The notes: generated from the sequence alone by a model not told the origin. Shown: positions 32,534 through 62,147, numbered from the stretch's first letter. The stretch: 64,000 nt of DNA from Haliangium sp. (GCF_050303215.1 NZ_JBNLBH010000019.1:64001-128000); one strand, 5' to 3'. Translations and numbers: made by a program.

Positions 32534-33769
32534 ATGGCCTCCACCACCACGTGGCAGCGCCCGGTTGGGCTTCGTCCCGCCGGGAGTGCGAGCGGGCGTC
32601 CGCCCGCCGATGGCTGGTCTCCGGACGACGACTGGCTCACCGACGAGCCGGCCATCTTCGGCGTGATCGTAGCCGAGCTGCAGCGCTTCAAGTCGCGGAT
32701 GAAGTACCGCCCGCTGCCGGCGCTGCTGCTGGCCACGCTGATGACCGCCGGCGCGGTGATCCAGTTCGCGCGCAAGCCCCCGGAGTACACGGCCCGCGTC
32801 ATCCTTCGCATCAGCGAGGGCGCGCTCAGCGACTACCGCGGCTCGGTGCTGCCGCAGCGGGAGCTCAAGGAGTACATCTATTCGTTCGCGCTCCCGGATC
32901 GGCTGCTGCTCGAAGAGATCATCGAGAAGCACGAGCTGTTTCAGGAGGAGATGGAGCTGCGCGGCGCCACCATGGCCCTCGATGAGCTCCGCGACGGGAT
33001 CTCGATCGACGTCTACCACAACTTCTTCCACCAGAGCCGCGACCTCGACAGCACCCCGCGCTCGCTGCGCATGGCCATCAACTACACCCACGTGGACGCC
33101 GAGTTCGCCTACAAGATGGCCGTCCTCCTGTCCGACTTGGTGGTGGCGGTGGAGTCCAAGAAGCGCCTCGACGAGGTCCGCTTCGCGTCGCAGAACGCCC
33201 ACGAAGTCCTGGCCGCGGCCGAGGCCGAGTACAACCAACGCGAAGAGCAGATCTCGGCGGCCATGACCGCCCTGGCCGACGCCGAGCTAGACGGGGACGG
33301 GGTCGCCGCGGCCATGGCCCGGGTCGAGATCGCCAGCCTGGCCGAGGCCCAGCTCCGGGTCGCCCGCGAGCTGGAGAACTTGCGCGCTGAGACCTCGCGC
33401 ATCGACTTCAGCCGCGGCCTGGAAGAACGACAGATGGGCCTGGTGTTCGAGTACGCCGGCCAGGTCCGACCAGTGGCCAAGCCCCCGCCCGGACCGATCA
33501 TGCTGAGCCTACTCGGCCTGGTCTGCTTCTGCATCTTCGTGCCCGTGTGCGCCATCGGCATCGGCACGGTGGACAGCCGGGTCCAGGACCTCGAAGACGT
33601 GCGCCGGCTGGGCATGCCCGTGCTCGGCCACATCCCCGCCTTCGAGGGCGACTCGGTGGGCTCCCTGCGCCGCCGCGGCGCCCTGGCCCGACGCAGCTTC
33701 CTCGCCCTCATCGGCTTGCGCCCGAGCCGTAGAGTGCGCCGTTCTCGCCCCGAAAATCGTGTAGCATAG
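32534..33769 (+). CDS. Polysaccharide co-polymerase (Wzz/PCP-family chain-length determinant), copy 1
   Basis: The N-terminal TM is LPALLLATLMTAGAVIQFA and the C-terminal TM is IMLSLLGLVCFCIFVPVCAIGIG. A large periplasmic coiled-coil region lies between them. An ATG lies at 32534. Confidence 0.6.
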   Translation: MASTTTWQRPVGLRPAGSASGRPPADGWSPDDDWLTDEPAIFGVIVAELQRFKSRMKYRPLPALLLATLMTAGAVIQFARKPPEYTARVILRISEGALSDYRGSVLPQRELKEYIYSFALPDRLLLEEIIEKHELFQEEMELRGATMALDELRDGISIDVYHNFFHQSRDLDSTPRSLRMAINYTHVDAEFAYKMAVLLSDLVVAVESKKRLDEVRFASQNAHEVLAAAEAEYNQREEQISAAMTALADAELDGDGVAAAMARVEIASLAEAQLRVARELENLRAETSRIDFSRGLEERQMGLVFEYAGQVRPVAKPPPGPIMLSLLGLVCFCIFVPVCAIGIGTVDSRVQDLEDVRRLGMPVLGHIPAFEGDSVGSLRRRGALARRSFLALIGLRPSRRVRRSRPENRVA

Positions 33770-33780
33770 GCCATCGAGAC

Positions 33781-35364
33781 ATGCTCATTGGTATCCAGAC
33801 CCCTCGCGACAAGTTCGACCAACTCATCGCGTTCGTGCGGCGCACGATGCGGTACTGGTGGCTGATCGGCATCATCGCGTTCGTCGGCGGCGTCTTGTCA
33901 GTGACCTTCGCGCTGCTTCAGAAGCCGAAGTTCATGTCCGAGACCAAGATCTTCTACAACGAGCGCATCCAGTCGAGCGTGCTGCAGGGGCGCGAATACG
34001 CCACCAACACCAGGAACCTCGGCTACCGCTACCAAGAGATGCTGATGTCGCGCACCAACATGACGCGCATCATCGAGGCCAACGAGCTCTTCCCAAAGAT
34101 CTTGGCCAAGCAGGGCCTCGACGCGGCCATCGAGGAGTTCAAGAAGAAGGCGCTCTTCCGGGTCCGCGGCACCAGCATGTTCTATATCGCCTTCACCTCG
34201 GAGGATCCGGAGCTGTCCCAACAGGTGACTCAGATGATGGTCGATAGCCTGATCGAGGAGGACGAGCGGGTCCGACGCGAGCAGGCCTCGGCCACGATGA
34301 ACTTCCTGCTGGAGCAGAAGGAGAAGATCAACAAGGAGTTGGACAAGCGTCAGCGCGAGCTGGCCAAGTTCCTGTCCGAGCACCCCGAGTTCGCCCTCGA
34401 CACGGCCCCGGGCGGCCAGAACACCCCCGGCGCGTCCATCCGGGCCCAGGCGGCCCAGGCGCGGAGCGGAACCCCGGCCCCGCTGCCGGCCAATACCGAC
34501 CCCCGGCTGGTAGCCCTGGAGCGGCAGCGGCAACGCATCAAGAACCGTCTGGCCCGGCCCGATGACGCCCGCACCCAGCAGCAGCCCAAGACCCCGGAGC
34601 AGATCGACGCCGAACGCCGGGTCGAGGAGGCAGAGCGCGACCTGCGCCGGGCCCAGCGCGACCTCGAGGACAAGCTGTCGCGCCTGACCCCGGCCCACCC
34701 CGACGTCATCCGCGCCCAGCGCGAGGTCGCGGACGCACGCCAGCGGGTCACCCGCGCCCAGGCCCAGGTGCCGCCCGCGCCGCCGCCGCCCAAGCCCATG
34801 GATCGCGACGCTTTGCAAGAGGAGCTGCGGCGCCTCGAGCGCGAGATCTCGTCCACCCGACGAGACATCAAGGACAAACACGAAGGCGAAGAAGAGGAGG
34901 CCCTCCCCGAGGAAGACCTCGACGAGGGCAACTGGGTGGTGGCCCTGGAGACCGAGTACGCCCGCCTCCGGCAGGCGGTCGAGGAGCAGCGCAGCCGCCT
35001 GGATCGGACCGACTCCAGCCTGTCCCGGGCCGAGATCACGGCCAGCCAGCAGATGGCCGAACAGGGCGCGGTGCTGACCATCATCGACCCTCCCAGCCTG
35101 CCCACCATGCCGCAGGGCAAGGGGCGCGCGATCCTGGCCGCGGCCGGGCTCGCGGTGTTCCTGGTGCTGGGCACGATGCTGGCTCTGGCCCTGGCCCTGG
35201 TCGACGACCGCATCTACGGCGGCCGTGAGCTGGAGAGCCTGGGGGTCGCGCCGGTGGCGGTGGTGGTGCCCAAAGCCGACAAGCACGCTCGGCGGCAGGC
35301 CAAGCGCGCAAGCCGCTCCCGCAAGGCGAGCACACCGCCGAGAAAGCAGTCTCCCAGTGGCTGA
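33781..35364 (+). CDS. Polysaccharide co-polymerase (Wzc/GumC-like periplasmic domain, no kinase domain), copy 2
   Basis: The N-terminal TM is [23 protein letters not shown] long periplasmic coiled coil follows. The C-terminal TM is [25 protein letters not shown]. The last 4 nt overlap the next gene's start. Confidence 0.6.
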   Translation: MLIGIQTPRDKFDQLIAFVRRTMRYWWLIGIIAFVGGVLSVTFALLQKPKFMSETKIFYNERIQSSVLQGREYATNTRNLGYRYQEMLMSRTNMTRIIEANELFPKILAKQGLDAAIEEFKKKALFRVRGTSMFYIAFTSEDPELSQQVTQMMVDSLIEEDERVRREQASATMNFLLEQKEKINKELDKRQRELAKFLSEHPEFALDTAPGGQNTPGASIRAQAAQARSGTPAPLPANTDPRLVALERQRQRIKNRLARPDDARTQQQPKTPEQIDAERRVEEAERDLRRAQRDLEDKLSRLTPAHPDVIRAQREVADARQRVTRAQAQVPPAPPPPKPMDRDALQEELRRLEREISSTRRDIKDKHEGEEEEALPEEDLDEGNWVVALETEYARLRQAVEEQRSRLDRTDSSLSRAEITASQQMAEQGAVLTIIDPPSLPTMPQGKGRAILAAAGLAVFLVLGTMLALALALVDDRIYGGRELESLGVAPVAVVVPKADKHARRQAKRASRSRKASTPPRKQSPSG

Positions 35365-36295
35365 AACCAAGCGATTCGGACCCGACGTCAAGACCGTGGC
35401 CGACACCCAGGACATGCGCGCGACCGGGGGTCCGCGGCCGGCGAGCGACACCAAGCGGACCGTGGCGATGGCCGCGCTGGGAGAGATCTCGTCCGAGATT
35501 CTGACCGGCCGGACTGACTCCCGCCCGGGCAGCCACGGTAGCCCGAGCGGCGCCGACTCGACCATGATGTTGCAGCTCAACGACCTCGAGCTGCAACCGT
35601 CGGCGCTCCCGATGGACGAGGTCCGACAGCCGCCGGAGATCACGCTCACCGCGCACCAGCTCCCCCCCGGGGTTCCCCTGGATCCGCGCCTGATCCTGCT
35701 GGCCGAGGCGGACACGGACCGCGCCGCCGCCTTCCGTATCCTGCGCCACCACCTCATGGACCACGGCCGCCCCCAGGTCATCGTGGTGTCCAGCCCCAGC
35801 CCGGGCGAGGGCAAGACCACGTGCGCCGTCAACCTGGCCCTGGCCCTGGCCGAGTGCAACCGAGCCCGCGTGCTCCTGGTCGAGGCCACGGTGCGCCGGC
35901 CCCAACTCGCCAGCCTGTTTGGATTCATGCCGCCGTGGTGCTTCGCCGAGCAGCTCGCCGCGCACCGCCAGCAGCCGCTGCTGCCGTGGAGCGCCATGCA
36001 CCTGCCCGATCAGTGGCTGCACGTGGCGGCCATGAACCCCGGCCTCGATCAGCACCAGTTGCTCGACGCGCCCGCCTTTGCCATCGCCATGGAGCGCCTG
36101 CGCCTGGGCCGCTATGACCACATCGTCGTGGACGCGCCCGCGGTGCTGGGCAGCGCCGAGGTCAACCTGATCCAGGACGCGGCCGACGGCGTCATCTTGG
36201 TCGCGCGGGCCAAGCAGACCACCACCCGCATGATGCGCCGGGCGGTGGAGCAGCTCAGCCCCACCAAGGTCATCGGCACGGTCTTGCTGCGATAG
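35357..36295 (+). CDS. BY-kinase-like P-loop ATPase (CapB/Wzc cytoplasmic domain homologue) lacking a C-terminal Tyr cluster
   Basis: Walker A is [21 protein letters not shown], Walker A' is VLLVEAT and Walker B is IVVDAPAV. The protein ends ...IGTVLLR with no Tyr-rich tail. The proposed GTG start overlaps the PCP stop (GTGGCTGA). Confidence 0.6.
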   Translation: MAETKRFGPDVKTVADTQDMRATGGPRPASDTKRTVAMAALGEISSEILTGRTDSRPGSHGSPSGADSTMMLQLNDLELQPSALPMDEVRQPPEITLTAHQLPPGVPLDPRLILLAEADTDRAAAFRILRHHLMDHGRPQVIVVSSPSPGEGKTTCAVNLALALAECNRARVLLVEATVRRPQLASLFGFMPPWCFAEQLAAHRQQPLLPWSAMHLPDQWLHVAAMNPGLDQHQLLDAPAFAIAMERLRLGRYDHIVVDAPAVLGSAEVNLIQDAADGVILVARAKQTTTRMMRRAVEQLSPTKVIGTVLLR

Positions 36296-36301
36296 CCGAA
36301 C

Positions 36302-37750
36302 ATGCGCCCTCACCGCTCCCGGAAGTCCATCGCACGCCCGGCCCCGCTCGCCTGCGCGCTGCTCGTGGCGGGCTCGTGGTCGCTGCTCGTGGCCCCGACC
36401 CACACCCACGCCGACCCCTACAGCGTGCACGCCGAAGGCGCCGTGGCCCTGGCCTGGACCGACAACGCGGCCAACCGCCCCGAGCTGGTCCAGGTCGCGG
36501 GCGAGAGCCTGCCCGAGGCGGGCTTCTTCACCCAGCTCCGGCCATCGGTCCTGTTCACGTACGAGCAGCGCCGAGCCGTGCACGTCAGCGCCGCCGCCCT
36601 CGATATCAACCTGTACGAGACCGCCGAGCCGTCCAACTCCTATAACGGCACCCTCTCGTACAACGGCCTGCTCCTGCTGTCACCCGTGAGCGAGCTCGGA
36701 CTCGGGGCCGCGCTCGGCTTCGGACGTGTCGATCCCCTCGATCTGGCCCAGGCCAACCAGGTGCAGGGCAACACGACCTTCGTCTCCACCGGCGTCACCC
36801 AGGACCTGCGCCGCCAGCTCAGCGCTGATCTGCGGGTGAACCAGGGCTTCGCCTACACCTTCGTGCGCACCAACCAGCCCACCTCGGTCGTCGATCCCAA
36901 CGATCCCGACGCCCCCGCCGAGCTCGTGGACAACTTCAGCCGGGCCCACAGCGTGAGCCTGACCTTGGGCGGCGATCGCACCTGGGCCCGCACTTCGCTC
37001 GGCCTGGTGGCCAACGTGAACTACGTCGGCGTCGACCAGAACGGCGACAACATCCAGCTCATCAATAATCTGTCCGCCAACGTCCGCCGCGACCTCGACC
37101 CCTTCTGGTCGGCGTCAGCCACCCTCGGCGTCGGGACCATCCACGTGCTCGAGCAGCCCCCGGGCATGGAGGGCGGCGACAGCTTCGGGATCACGCCCAC
37201 GGGCAGCCTGACGGCCAACTATCTTCGCCCCGTGGGCGCCGTGACCGCGAACCTGAGCGCTACCGTGGGCTACACCGTCACCCCCAACCTGCTGCTCGGC
37301 AACGTGACCAACACCGCCAACGGCGCGCTCAGCGCCAGCATCCCCCTGCCCTGGTTCCGGCGTGGCCCCGAGACCACAGTGACGGTGGCGAGCACGCTCG
37401 CGATGTCGCACTCGCGCCCCAGCCTGCAGGCGAGCGGTGATCCCACCTGGAACAGCTACACCGCCGATGGGGTCGTGAGCTGGGCGGCCCAGGAAGGCCT
37501 GAACGTGGCGCTGCGCTACCAGTTCGTGCGCACCGATGTGTTCTACGGCGACGAGTCCATGGCCACCGGCGACATCCAGCCCCCTGAGGACTTCTTCCGC
37601 CATACCATCCTGGTGGAGTTCAACGGCCGCTACCCGGCCCGCCCTGCAGCGCAGCTCCCCGATCGCTCCGGCCGACGCGTGGACCTGTCCAACGAGCAGC
37701 CGATCGGCAGCGACGGCGACCAACAGAACGAGCCCGGGCAGCGCCGGTAG
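36302..37750 (+). CDS. Outer-membrane beta-barrel protein, candidate OM partner of the short Wza-like exporter
   Basis: The signal peptide is [37 protein letters not shown]. Alternating amphipathic beta-strand patterns run through 480 aa. It is the last gene of the co-directional polysaccharide operon. Confidence 0.5.
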   Translation: MRPHRSRKSIARPAPLACALLVAGSWSLLVAPTHTHADPYSVHAEGAVALAWTDNAANRPELVQVAGESLPEAGFFTQLRPSVLFTYEQRRAVHVSAAALDINLYETAEPSNSYNGTLSYNGLLLLSPVSELGLGAALGFGRVDPLDLAQANQVQGNTTFVSTGVTQDLRRQLSADLRVNQGFAYTFVRTNQPTSVVDPNDPDAPAELVDNFSRAHSVSLTLGGDRTWARTSLGLVANVNYVGVDQNGDNIQLINNLSANVRRDLDPFWSASATLGVGTIHVLEQPPGMEGGDSFGITPTGSLTANYLRPVGAVTANLSATVGYTVTPNLLLGNVTNTANGALSASIPLPWFRRGPETTVTVASTLAMSHSRPSLQASGDPTWNSYTADGVVSWAAQEGLNVALRYQFVRTDVFYGDESMATGDIQPPEDFFRHTILVEFNGRYPARPAAQLPDRSGRRVDLSNEQPIGSDGDQQNEPGQRR

Positions 37751-37854
37751 CTCCTGGGGCCCAGGCCCCCGCCCAGGGGACACCAGCGCCCCAAAACGCG
37801 ACAACGGCCGGCAGGGCAGTGTGCCCGGAGCCGGCCGTCGTTGCGTGAGCGTCC

Positions 37855-37930
<76 letters not shown>

Positions 37931-38166
37931 TGGCTGTCGGTAAGGTACTGGAATCGCTTCGGATGTCAAGCCCTGATGGCACGCCGACGACAACCCGCCA
38001 GTACCGAGGCGAACGATAGTGAGGAACCATACTCATTCCACTGAATGCGAGGTCAGTCCACCACGATCCGGGGTTTCGGTCTCCGATCCGAGACTGCTCC
38101 GCCTCCCCTGGTGTGTGCCCCCCCCAGCTTTCGTTCGAACGTCCCTATATAGGTAAACTACTGAAA

Positions 38167-38835
<669 letters not shown>

Positions 38836-38941
38836 GACGCACCGGCGACACCCGGTCGCGCGCGGTGACGATGGACTCGACACCGCCGAGGTGCTGTCCG
38901 CGAGCTGAGCTCGCGCGCCTCGGCATGTGCTCGCCTCGAGG

Positions 38942-41811
<2,870 letters not shown>

Positions 41812-41957
41812 GCTGTGTTCGTCCTCGTGACGGCTGAATCCGCCGGGCGCAGCGCGCCCGCGTCTCCCCCGCAAGCGGGTGTCCGGGTTGACCAATGATA
41901 CCTCGACCTTAGAGCCAAGCATAGAGCGCGGCCACGAAAGCCAGAGGGCGGGGTCGA

Positions 41958-43292
<1,335 letters not shown>

Positions 43293-43311
43293 GATGGGCT
43301 GCCTCCCGCGC

Positions 43312-43932
<621 letters not shown>

Positions 43933-43936
43933 GTCG

Positions 43937-44425
43937 TCACTCGCTTGTGGAATCAGGGCGTTGTCTTCGGCGCAACCCTTTCACATGAGCCAGGGCCGCG
44001 TCCAGCCCCAGGTAGTAGCTTTGGGCGCCGAAGCCGCAGATCTGGCCGACGCACCGCGCCGCGGTGAGCGAGGTGTGCCGAAACGACTCGCGCGCGTGGA
44101 TGTTGGACAGATGGACCTCTACCGCCGGCAGCGCCACGGCCTCGAGGGCGTCGCGGATGGCGACGCTGGTGTGGGTGTAGGCGGCCGGGTTGATGACCAG
44201 GGCGTCGTAGGTGCCGGCCGCGTCCTGGATGTGCCCGACCAGCTCGCCCTCGTGGTTGCTCTGCACGCTGTCGAGCTCGGCCCCGGCGGCGCCGGCTCGG
44301 CGCTCGAGCTCGGCGTCGATCTCGGCCAGGGTGACGCGGCCGTAGATCTCGGGCTCCCGCGTGCCGAGCAGGTTGAGGTTGGGCCCGTGCAGCACCAAGA
44401 TGCGAACCGGCGACGACTCGTCCAT
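43937..44425 (-). CDS. aroQ: 3-dehydroquinate dehydratase, type II
   Basis: [19 protein letters not shown]...HLSNIHARE is the DHquinase_II signature. Confidence 0.9.
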   Translation of the reverse strand: MDESSPVRILVLHGPNLNLLGTREPEIYGRVTLAEIDAELERRAGAAGAELDSVQSNHEGELVGHIQDAAGTYDALVINPAAYTHTSVAIRDALEAVALPAVEVHLSNIHARESFRHTSLTAARCVGQICGFGAQSYYLGLDAALAHVKGLRRRQRPDSTSE

Positions 44426-44434
44426 GGCGACGGG

Positions 44435-44851
44435 TTACATCAACTCTGCCATCAGCTTGGGCGTCGTGATCCGCATCAGGAAGCGGCACTTGCCCAGGTT
44501 GCCGCCCGGTCGGAGGGCGACAGCCATGAAGTACTCCTCGTTGAGCATCCTGACCACCAGGACGAGTTGCTCGGCCTTGAGGACCATCTCCTCGACCGCG
44601 CCGACCTTGAGGGTCTCGGCTGCCTTCGTCACCTGGGTCAGGATGTAGGAGAACTCCATGACGATGATGTTGACGTCGAACCCGTTCGTCTCGTGCACGT
44701 AGGTATCGACCGGGATCCCGTCCAGTCCCATGATGACGGCCCCGATCCCATCACCTACGCTATCAACGACCTTTTGTAATTGTTCTCTGAACACGTTATC
44801 CCTGCTCTGGCTTATATCACAGGACCACATTCCTGGGTCGGTCGAGCGCAC
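44435..44851 (-). CDS. Roadblock/LC7-domain protein (MglB-like fold)
   Basis: The product is 138 aa. VVDSVGDGIGAVIMGLDGIPVDTY...EFSYILTQVTKAAETLKVGAVEEMVL...LVLVVRMLNEEYFMAVAL fits the Roadblock/LC7 alpha-beta fold. The 5' ~60 nt are AT-rich and the true start may be internal. Confidence 0.6.
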   Translation of the reverse strand: MRSTDPGMWSCDISQSRDNVFREQLQKVVDSVGDGIGAVIMGLDGIPVDTYVHETNGFDVNIIVMEFSYILTQVTKAAETLKVGAVEEMVLKAEQLVLVVRMLNEEYFMAVALRPGGNLGKCRFLMRITTPKLMAELM

Positions 44852-44871
44852 CGGATCGTATCAGTGCCCGC

Positions 44872-50704
<5,833 letters not shown>

Positions 50705-50708
<4 letters not shown>

Positions 50709-51418
50709 TGTACATCCCCCTCGGCCTGGAGCTCTTCGGGATACAGGGCAATCGTGCGCTCTTGGACTGCCTGGGGCATCGTCGGGTCGGCGCTGGCGGT
50801 GTTGTCGGGGCTGATGCGAAGGCTCACGAAGCCCGAGCGCACCGAGATGACCTGTGCTTTTTCGAGTCCAATGCAGTCATTCTTACGCGCGGTGTGGCCC
50901 TTCGACGAGCTGTCCACGAACAGCGCGTAGCTGACCGTGCCACGTAGGACGATCCCGACCAGGCGCAGATCGCGAAGCGAGTAGTTGTCGGCGACGAACT
51001 TCTTGCAGGTCCGCTCGGGCGCCCGACGCGAGAGCTCGCCGCTGCCGTCGGCCGGCGTCGTCGTGTTCATCGGGCGGAAGGGATCACGCCGCCCGGTCCC
51101 ACCGGCGAGGTTCAAGCCGAAGTCCTGGCGCGTGAACACGTGCCGAACCCGACCCGCCTCTTCTTCACCGATGCGGTCGTCGATCTTCTCGTGGAACTTG
51201 AGCGCGGGGCCACCCCCGCCGGCGCGCGGCGCCTGCGCGCCGGGGCCTCGTCGACCACCGGCCGGGGTCGTGATCGGTTCGAAGCCGGTGTCGTCGTCCT
51301 CGCCACATCCGACCGACAGCACCAGCGCGACCGCCACGGCCGCGAGCCATGACCACGAGCGCCGACCTGGCGGTGATCGCAGCGCCGGCGGGGCGTATAC
51401 ATGGATGGTTGCCTTCAT
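50705..51418 (-). CDS. pilP: Type IV pilus assembly lipoprotein PilP
   Basis: The start was chosen at MKATIHVY. The signal peptide ends with a Cys (LVLSVGC). The PilP beta-domain is YSLRDLRLVGIVLRGTVSYALFVD...ISVRSGFVSLR. The stop overlaps the pilQ ATG (ATGA). Confidence 0.75.
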
Positions 51419-51431
51419 GTCGTCGCTCCTG

Positions 51432-52118
51432 TCACTGCCCCGGTTGCGGCGGCGTTGGCTGACCTGGCTGGCCCGGCGGACTCGGCGCGGCCGGCTGGGT
51501 CGAGATGTCGAGGTGGAAGGTCGAGGCCACGAAGCGGGCGACCATCTGTGCGTCCCCGTCCGTGATGTTGGTGTCACTCAGGTGGAGATCTTCCACTGAC
51601 ACGATCCGGTCTCCCGAGACCGCGATCCCTTCGCCGTCCTGGGCGGTGGCGAGCGCGCGCGGCCCCAACAGATAAAAGTATCGGACCAGGCTCATGAAGT
51701 CGCCCGCGATCTCGAGCCGCACTGGGACTCGGACGTACACGTCGACCTTCTCGGGCTTGAGCTGTTCCCACTTGCTGATGGTCACCCCGGACTCGCCGGC
51801 GCGCCGTTGCAGGAAGTCGAAGAAGCCCGACATCTCGGGCTGGGTGGGCAGCGCGCGCTGGTTGGCACGAATGCTCTGCTCGAGCTCCTCCATGCGCTGC
51901 AGCAGCCGCTTTTTCTGCTCGAGGTCGCTGTCGAGCTGCCGCTGTTCGCTCAGCAGCGTGCTCTGTCGAGACTCGAGGTAGCTGAGGCGATCGCTGATGT
52001 CGGTGTAGAAGAACTGCCAATACAGCATGCCGCCGAGCACGAGCGGGATGAGCACCACCCCGAGCTTGTAGCCGGCGGACTTCTTGGCCAGATCGTCGAA
52101 GAAATCGTTGTCAGCCAT
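51432..52118 (-). CDS. pilO: Type IV pilus assembly protein PilO
   Basis: The product is 228 aa. It has an N-terminal TM (LGVVLIPLVLGGMLYWQFF), a coiled coil and a PilO periplasmic domain. Its position in the pilMNOPQ order fits. Confidence 0.8.
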   Translation of the reverse strand: MADNDFFDDLAKKSAGYKLGVVLIPLVLGGMLYWQFFYTDISDRLSYLESRQSTLLSEQRQLDSDLEQKKRLLQRMEELEQSIRANQRALPTQPEMSGFFDFLQRRAGESGVTISKWEQLKPEKVDVYVRVPVRLEIAGDFMSLVRYFYLLGPRALATAQDGEGIAVSGDRIVSVEDLHLSDTNITDGDAQMVARFVASTFHLDISTQPAAPSPPGQPGQPTPPQPGQ

Positions 52119-52119
52119 G

Positions 52120-52758
52120 TCAGTAGGCCGCCTTTCCCACGATCGTGAAGTTGTAGAAGCTGTTGCCGCTGTCCTTGTCGGTGGCCTCGGAGCCGCCGAT
52201 GGGGCGCACGTCGTAGAAGTACACCGAGGCGTCGAGCCGGATCGCGAACTGGGTCATGTCGCTGTCGGACTGGGCGGAACCCTCGAGCCGGAAGCTGCCA
52301 TCCTTGTCCTCCTTGAAGCTCTTGATCCACAGGTGTGACGGATCCCAGTCGCGCACGAACTCACGCACCCGCCCCTCTTCGATCTGCTTCTGGATCTCGG
52401 CGGTCATGGTCGGCAGCTCATTGGGGGTGAGGATGCGCGACAGCTCGAACAGCATGTGCGCCGGCAGCGATCGGGCCTGGTTGAGGCGCTCGACCACCGC
52501 CGCCCGAGCCTCGGCGTCGGCGATGGTGCGCTTGAGTTGCTCGTAGCCCTTGAGTTCGTTCTGCTTGTCCAGGTTCTCGCGCTCGAGCGCACCCACCGCG
52601 CGCTCGAGCTGATCGCGCTGCCCGCCCACGGGCGAGTGCACCAGCACGTAGATGGCCACGAACGCACCGATCCAGACCAGGGCCGCCAGCAGCATGAAGC
52701 GCTGCCCTCGGCCGGCGGTCTTGGGACGACGAAGCGGAGATAGGTTGATCTTGATCAT
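52120..52758 (-). CDS. pilN: Type IV pilus assembly protein PilN
   Basis: MIKINLSP.R is the PilN N-terminus that binds PilM. One TM and a coiled coil follow. Confidence 0.85.
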   Translation of the reverse strand: MIKINLSPLRRPKTAGRGQRFMLLAALVWIGAFVAIYVLVHSPVGGQRDQLERAVGALERENLDKQNELKGYEQLKRTIADAEARAAVVERLNQARSLPAHMLFELSRILTPNELPTMTAEIQKQIEEGRVREFVRDWDPSHLWIKSFKEDKDGSFRLEGSAQSDSDMTQFAIRLDASVYFYDVRPIGGSEATDKDSGNSFYNFTIVGKAAY

Positions 52759-52776
52759 GCCCGAGTCCCTTCGTGT

Positions 52777-53823
<1,047 letters not shown>

Positions 53824-53953
53824 GTATCACCCGGAGGAGCGCTGTCCATCAGAGCACTTCCTCTCACTGATACCTACCGTATCCTACATGCCCCGACAGT
53901 ACGCAAGAAATTGGCATCACTTTGATGCGGCAGTACTCGCTCGCTTGATTATG

Positions 53954-55462
<1,509 letters not shown>

Positions 55463-55858
55463 AGAGCTCCCCTCCGGTGCATGAACAGACGTCGACGAAG
55501 CGATACGGGCACACAAACCATCAAGAGCGTAGCTCGGATGTTCGACCCTGTCATCTTCGCGACGATGGTCACGCGAGCGGGCGCACAGACCGGTGTCGGG
55601 CTCGGTCCCCCGTCGCCTACATATCCGGACGTCATCGCAGAACGCGCGCAGTTCTCCCGGGTCACCCGGCACAACGTCGCTCGCTTGTCAGGGTAGCGGC
55701 GCTCGGACTACTATCTGGCGCAGGCCACGTACCGTCGTTGGAGCGCGTCCAACCGGGCTCGGCCCAGCCTTGGAGGTCGCCCGCCTATCGCGCTATGTAG
55801 GCGGGGATCTTATCGACTGCTATACCTAGCATTGGAAAACGAGAGTCAGGAGCTCATC

Positions 55859-57319
<1,461 letters not shown>

Positions 57320-57686
57320 CCTCCCCAAGGCCGCGCGCCTACGCGCTCGCCTCGCGCGCGTGACCTCCGGCCGGCGTTGACGCCGGCCGTCGAGCTCCGC
57401 CCAATGCCCGGGCTGGCCTCACTTCGTGCCAGTCCCGGCGCCCGATGTCCGACGCCTGCGCCCGCGCTTCGAAGTCCTGCGACCAGGAAGCAGCCCTCGC
57501 CACGGACCACGACGCTCGATCAGCCATGTGCCGTCGGATTTACGAGTTTTTCTGAGGAGACACTCCGAAAAAACCGTATCTGTATCCGCTTGGGATTCAA
57601 TTTTTGCGCGTTCGTTGTGGTGAAAAACTCCTCTGACGCCGCAATCTGGTGTACGGTTAATTACGGTTGTCATCCGCGGTGTAAAC

Positions 57687-60812
<3,126 letters not shown>

Positions 60813-60883
60813 GCCTCCTCTGGACGGCGTGATACAGTCCAGCTCGCGGCCGAGCGGCGCTGCTCCCGCCTGGAGCCGACGCT

Positions 60884-61633
60884 ATGGGCTCGCTCGACGA
60901 ATTCGACTGGAAGACCCGCACCTTCCTGCGCCTATATCGCTGGCGTCGGCTCGATCCCGTGCCCTGGACCAGCCTCGCTCGCCCCCTGTCCCAGTGCCGG
61001 GTGGCGCTGGTGAGCTCAGCCGGGCTGGTCGGCCCCGGCCAGCCCGATTTCGATCCCGGCGTCCGCGGCGGTGATTTTTCCTACCGCGTGCTCGATCGAG
61101 ACGTCGATCTCACCCTCCTGCGCGACAGCCACCGCTCGGCCACCTACGACCACGCCCACGTCGAGGCCGACCCCAACGTGGCCTTCCCCCTCGACCGCCT
61201 GCGCGAGCTCGCTGCGCGCGGCACCATCGCCGAGGTGGCCCCGCGTCACCTGTCGTTCATGGGCAGCATCACGGCGCCCGGGCGCCTCATTCGGCGCACC
61301 GCCCCGGCCGCGGCCGAGCTCCTGGCCGCCGACCAAGTCGACGTCGCCCTGCTGATCCCGATATGACCCACCTGCCATCAGACCGTGGGTCTGATCCAAG
61401 CCGAACTCGAGCGCCGGGGCGTGGTCACCGCCTCGGTCTCGATGCTGCGCTCGGTCACCGAGCGCGTCCGCCCCCCCCGCGCCCTGGTGGTGCCCTTTCC
61501 CCACGGCCAGCCGCTCGGCCGGGCCGGGGCCGTCGCCACCCAGCACCGCGTGCTCGCCGCCCTGCTGGCCCTGGTCGAGCACGCCGCCCCGCCTCCGCCC
61601 GTGATCGTCGAATGGCGCGCCGATGTCATATGA
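60884..61633 (+). CDS. GrdB/PrdB-family (glycine/betaine/sarcosine/D-proline reductase selenoprotein B-like) C-terminal-domain protein; predicted selenoprotein with in-frame UGA (Sec) in a U-P-T-C motif
   Basis: Track ORFs 60884..61366 and 61385..61633 share a frame and are interrupted only by TGA at 61364-61366. The joined sequence reads ...[10 protein letters not shown]...DVALLIPI-[U][19 protein letters not shown]...[11 protein letters not shown]. From memory, this aligns with the GrdB segment ...AVILTSTUGTCTRCGATMVKEIERAGLPVVHI...VAIPHPLGNP, placing the stop at the Sec position. An 8-bp stem AUCAGACC-GUG-GGUCUGAU begins 10 nt 3' of the UGA and is SECIS-like. Confidence 0.7.
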
Positions 61634-61661
61634 TCCCTCCGTATCCAGCCCCGAGGTCGCC

Positions 61662-62147
61662 ATGAATCCGGACACCCCCTATCACATCGTCTTCGCCATC
61701 GACTTCTCCGAGATGACCGATGCCGTGATCCAGGCCGCCATCGCGCAGGCCCAGAGACACCGTCGCCCCACCCTCCACGCCGTGTGCGCCCTCGACATCC
61801 AGCCCAACCCGCTGGCCCCGCCCGAGACCGCCGACGAGGAGCTCGACGCCATCGAGACCGCCATGCGCGCCCGCGTGGCCGGTGCCTTCGCGGCCGCCGG
61901 CCACGACATCGACGCTCCCGGCGACTGGTCGATCCACCTCCACGCCCGCTCCGGCCGACCGGCCGAGACCATCGCCGCGCTGGCCGAGGAGCTGCGCGCC
62001 GACGTGATCATCCTCGGCCGCCACGGCCGCACCGGGGGCCGCCCCTTCATCCTCGGCTCGGTCCCGATTCGGCTGATGCAGCTCGCCCGCTGCACCGTGA
62101 TGGTGGTGCAGCCCAAGAACTACCCACCCGTGGTCACGGGTGACTGA
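61662..62147 (+). CDS. Universal stress protein (UspA-family)
   Basis: [11 protein letters not shown]...[13 protein letters not shown]....[19 protein letters not shown] is a Usp alpha/beta domain with the ATP-binding G-x2-G-x9-G(S/T) region. The start was taken at the internal ATG (MNPDTPY). Confidence 0.7.
   Translation: MNPDTPYHIVFAIDFSEMTDAVIQAAIAQAQRHRRPTLHAVCALDIQPNPLAPPETADEELDAIETAMRARVAGAFAAAGHDIDAPGDWSIHLHARSGRPAETIAALAEELRADVIILGRHGRTGGRPFILGSVPIRLMQLARCTVMVVQPKNYPPVVTGD

Noticed and set aside
33898-35997. 699-aa minus-strand ORF and 500-aa minus-strand ORF 35081..36583 antisense to the PCP and ATPase genes
   Set aside because: They are opposite strand to genes with clear Walker motifs and TM topology, and their composition is low-complexity.
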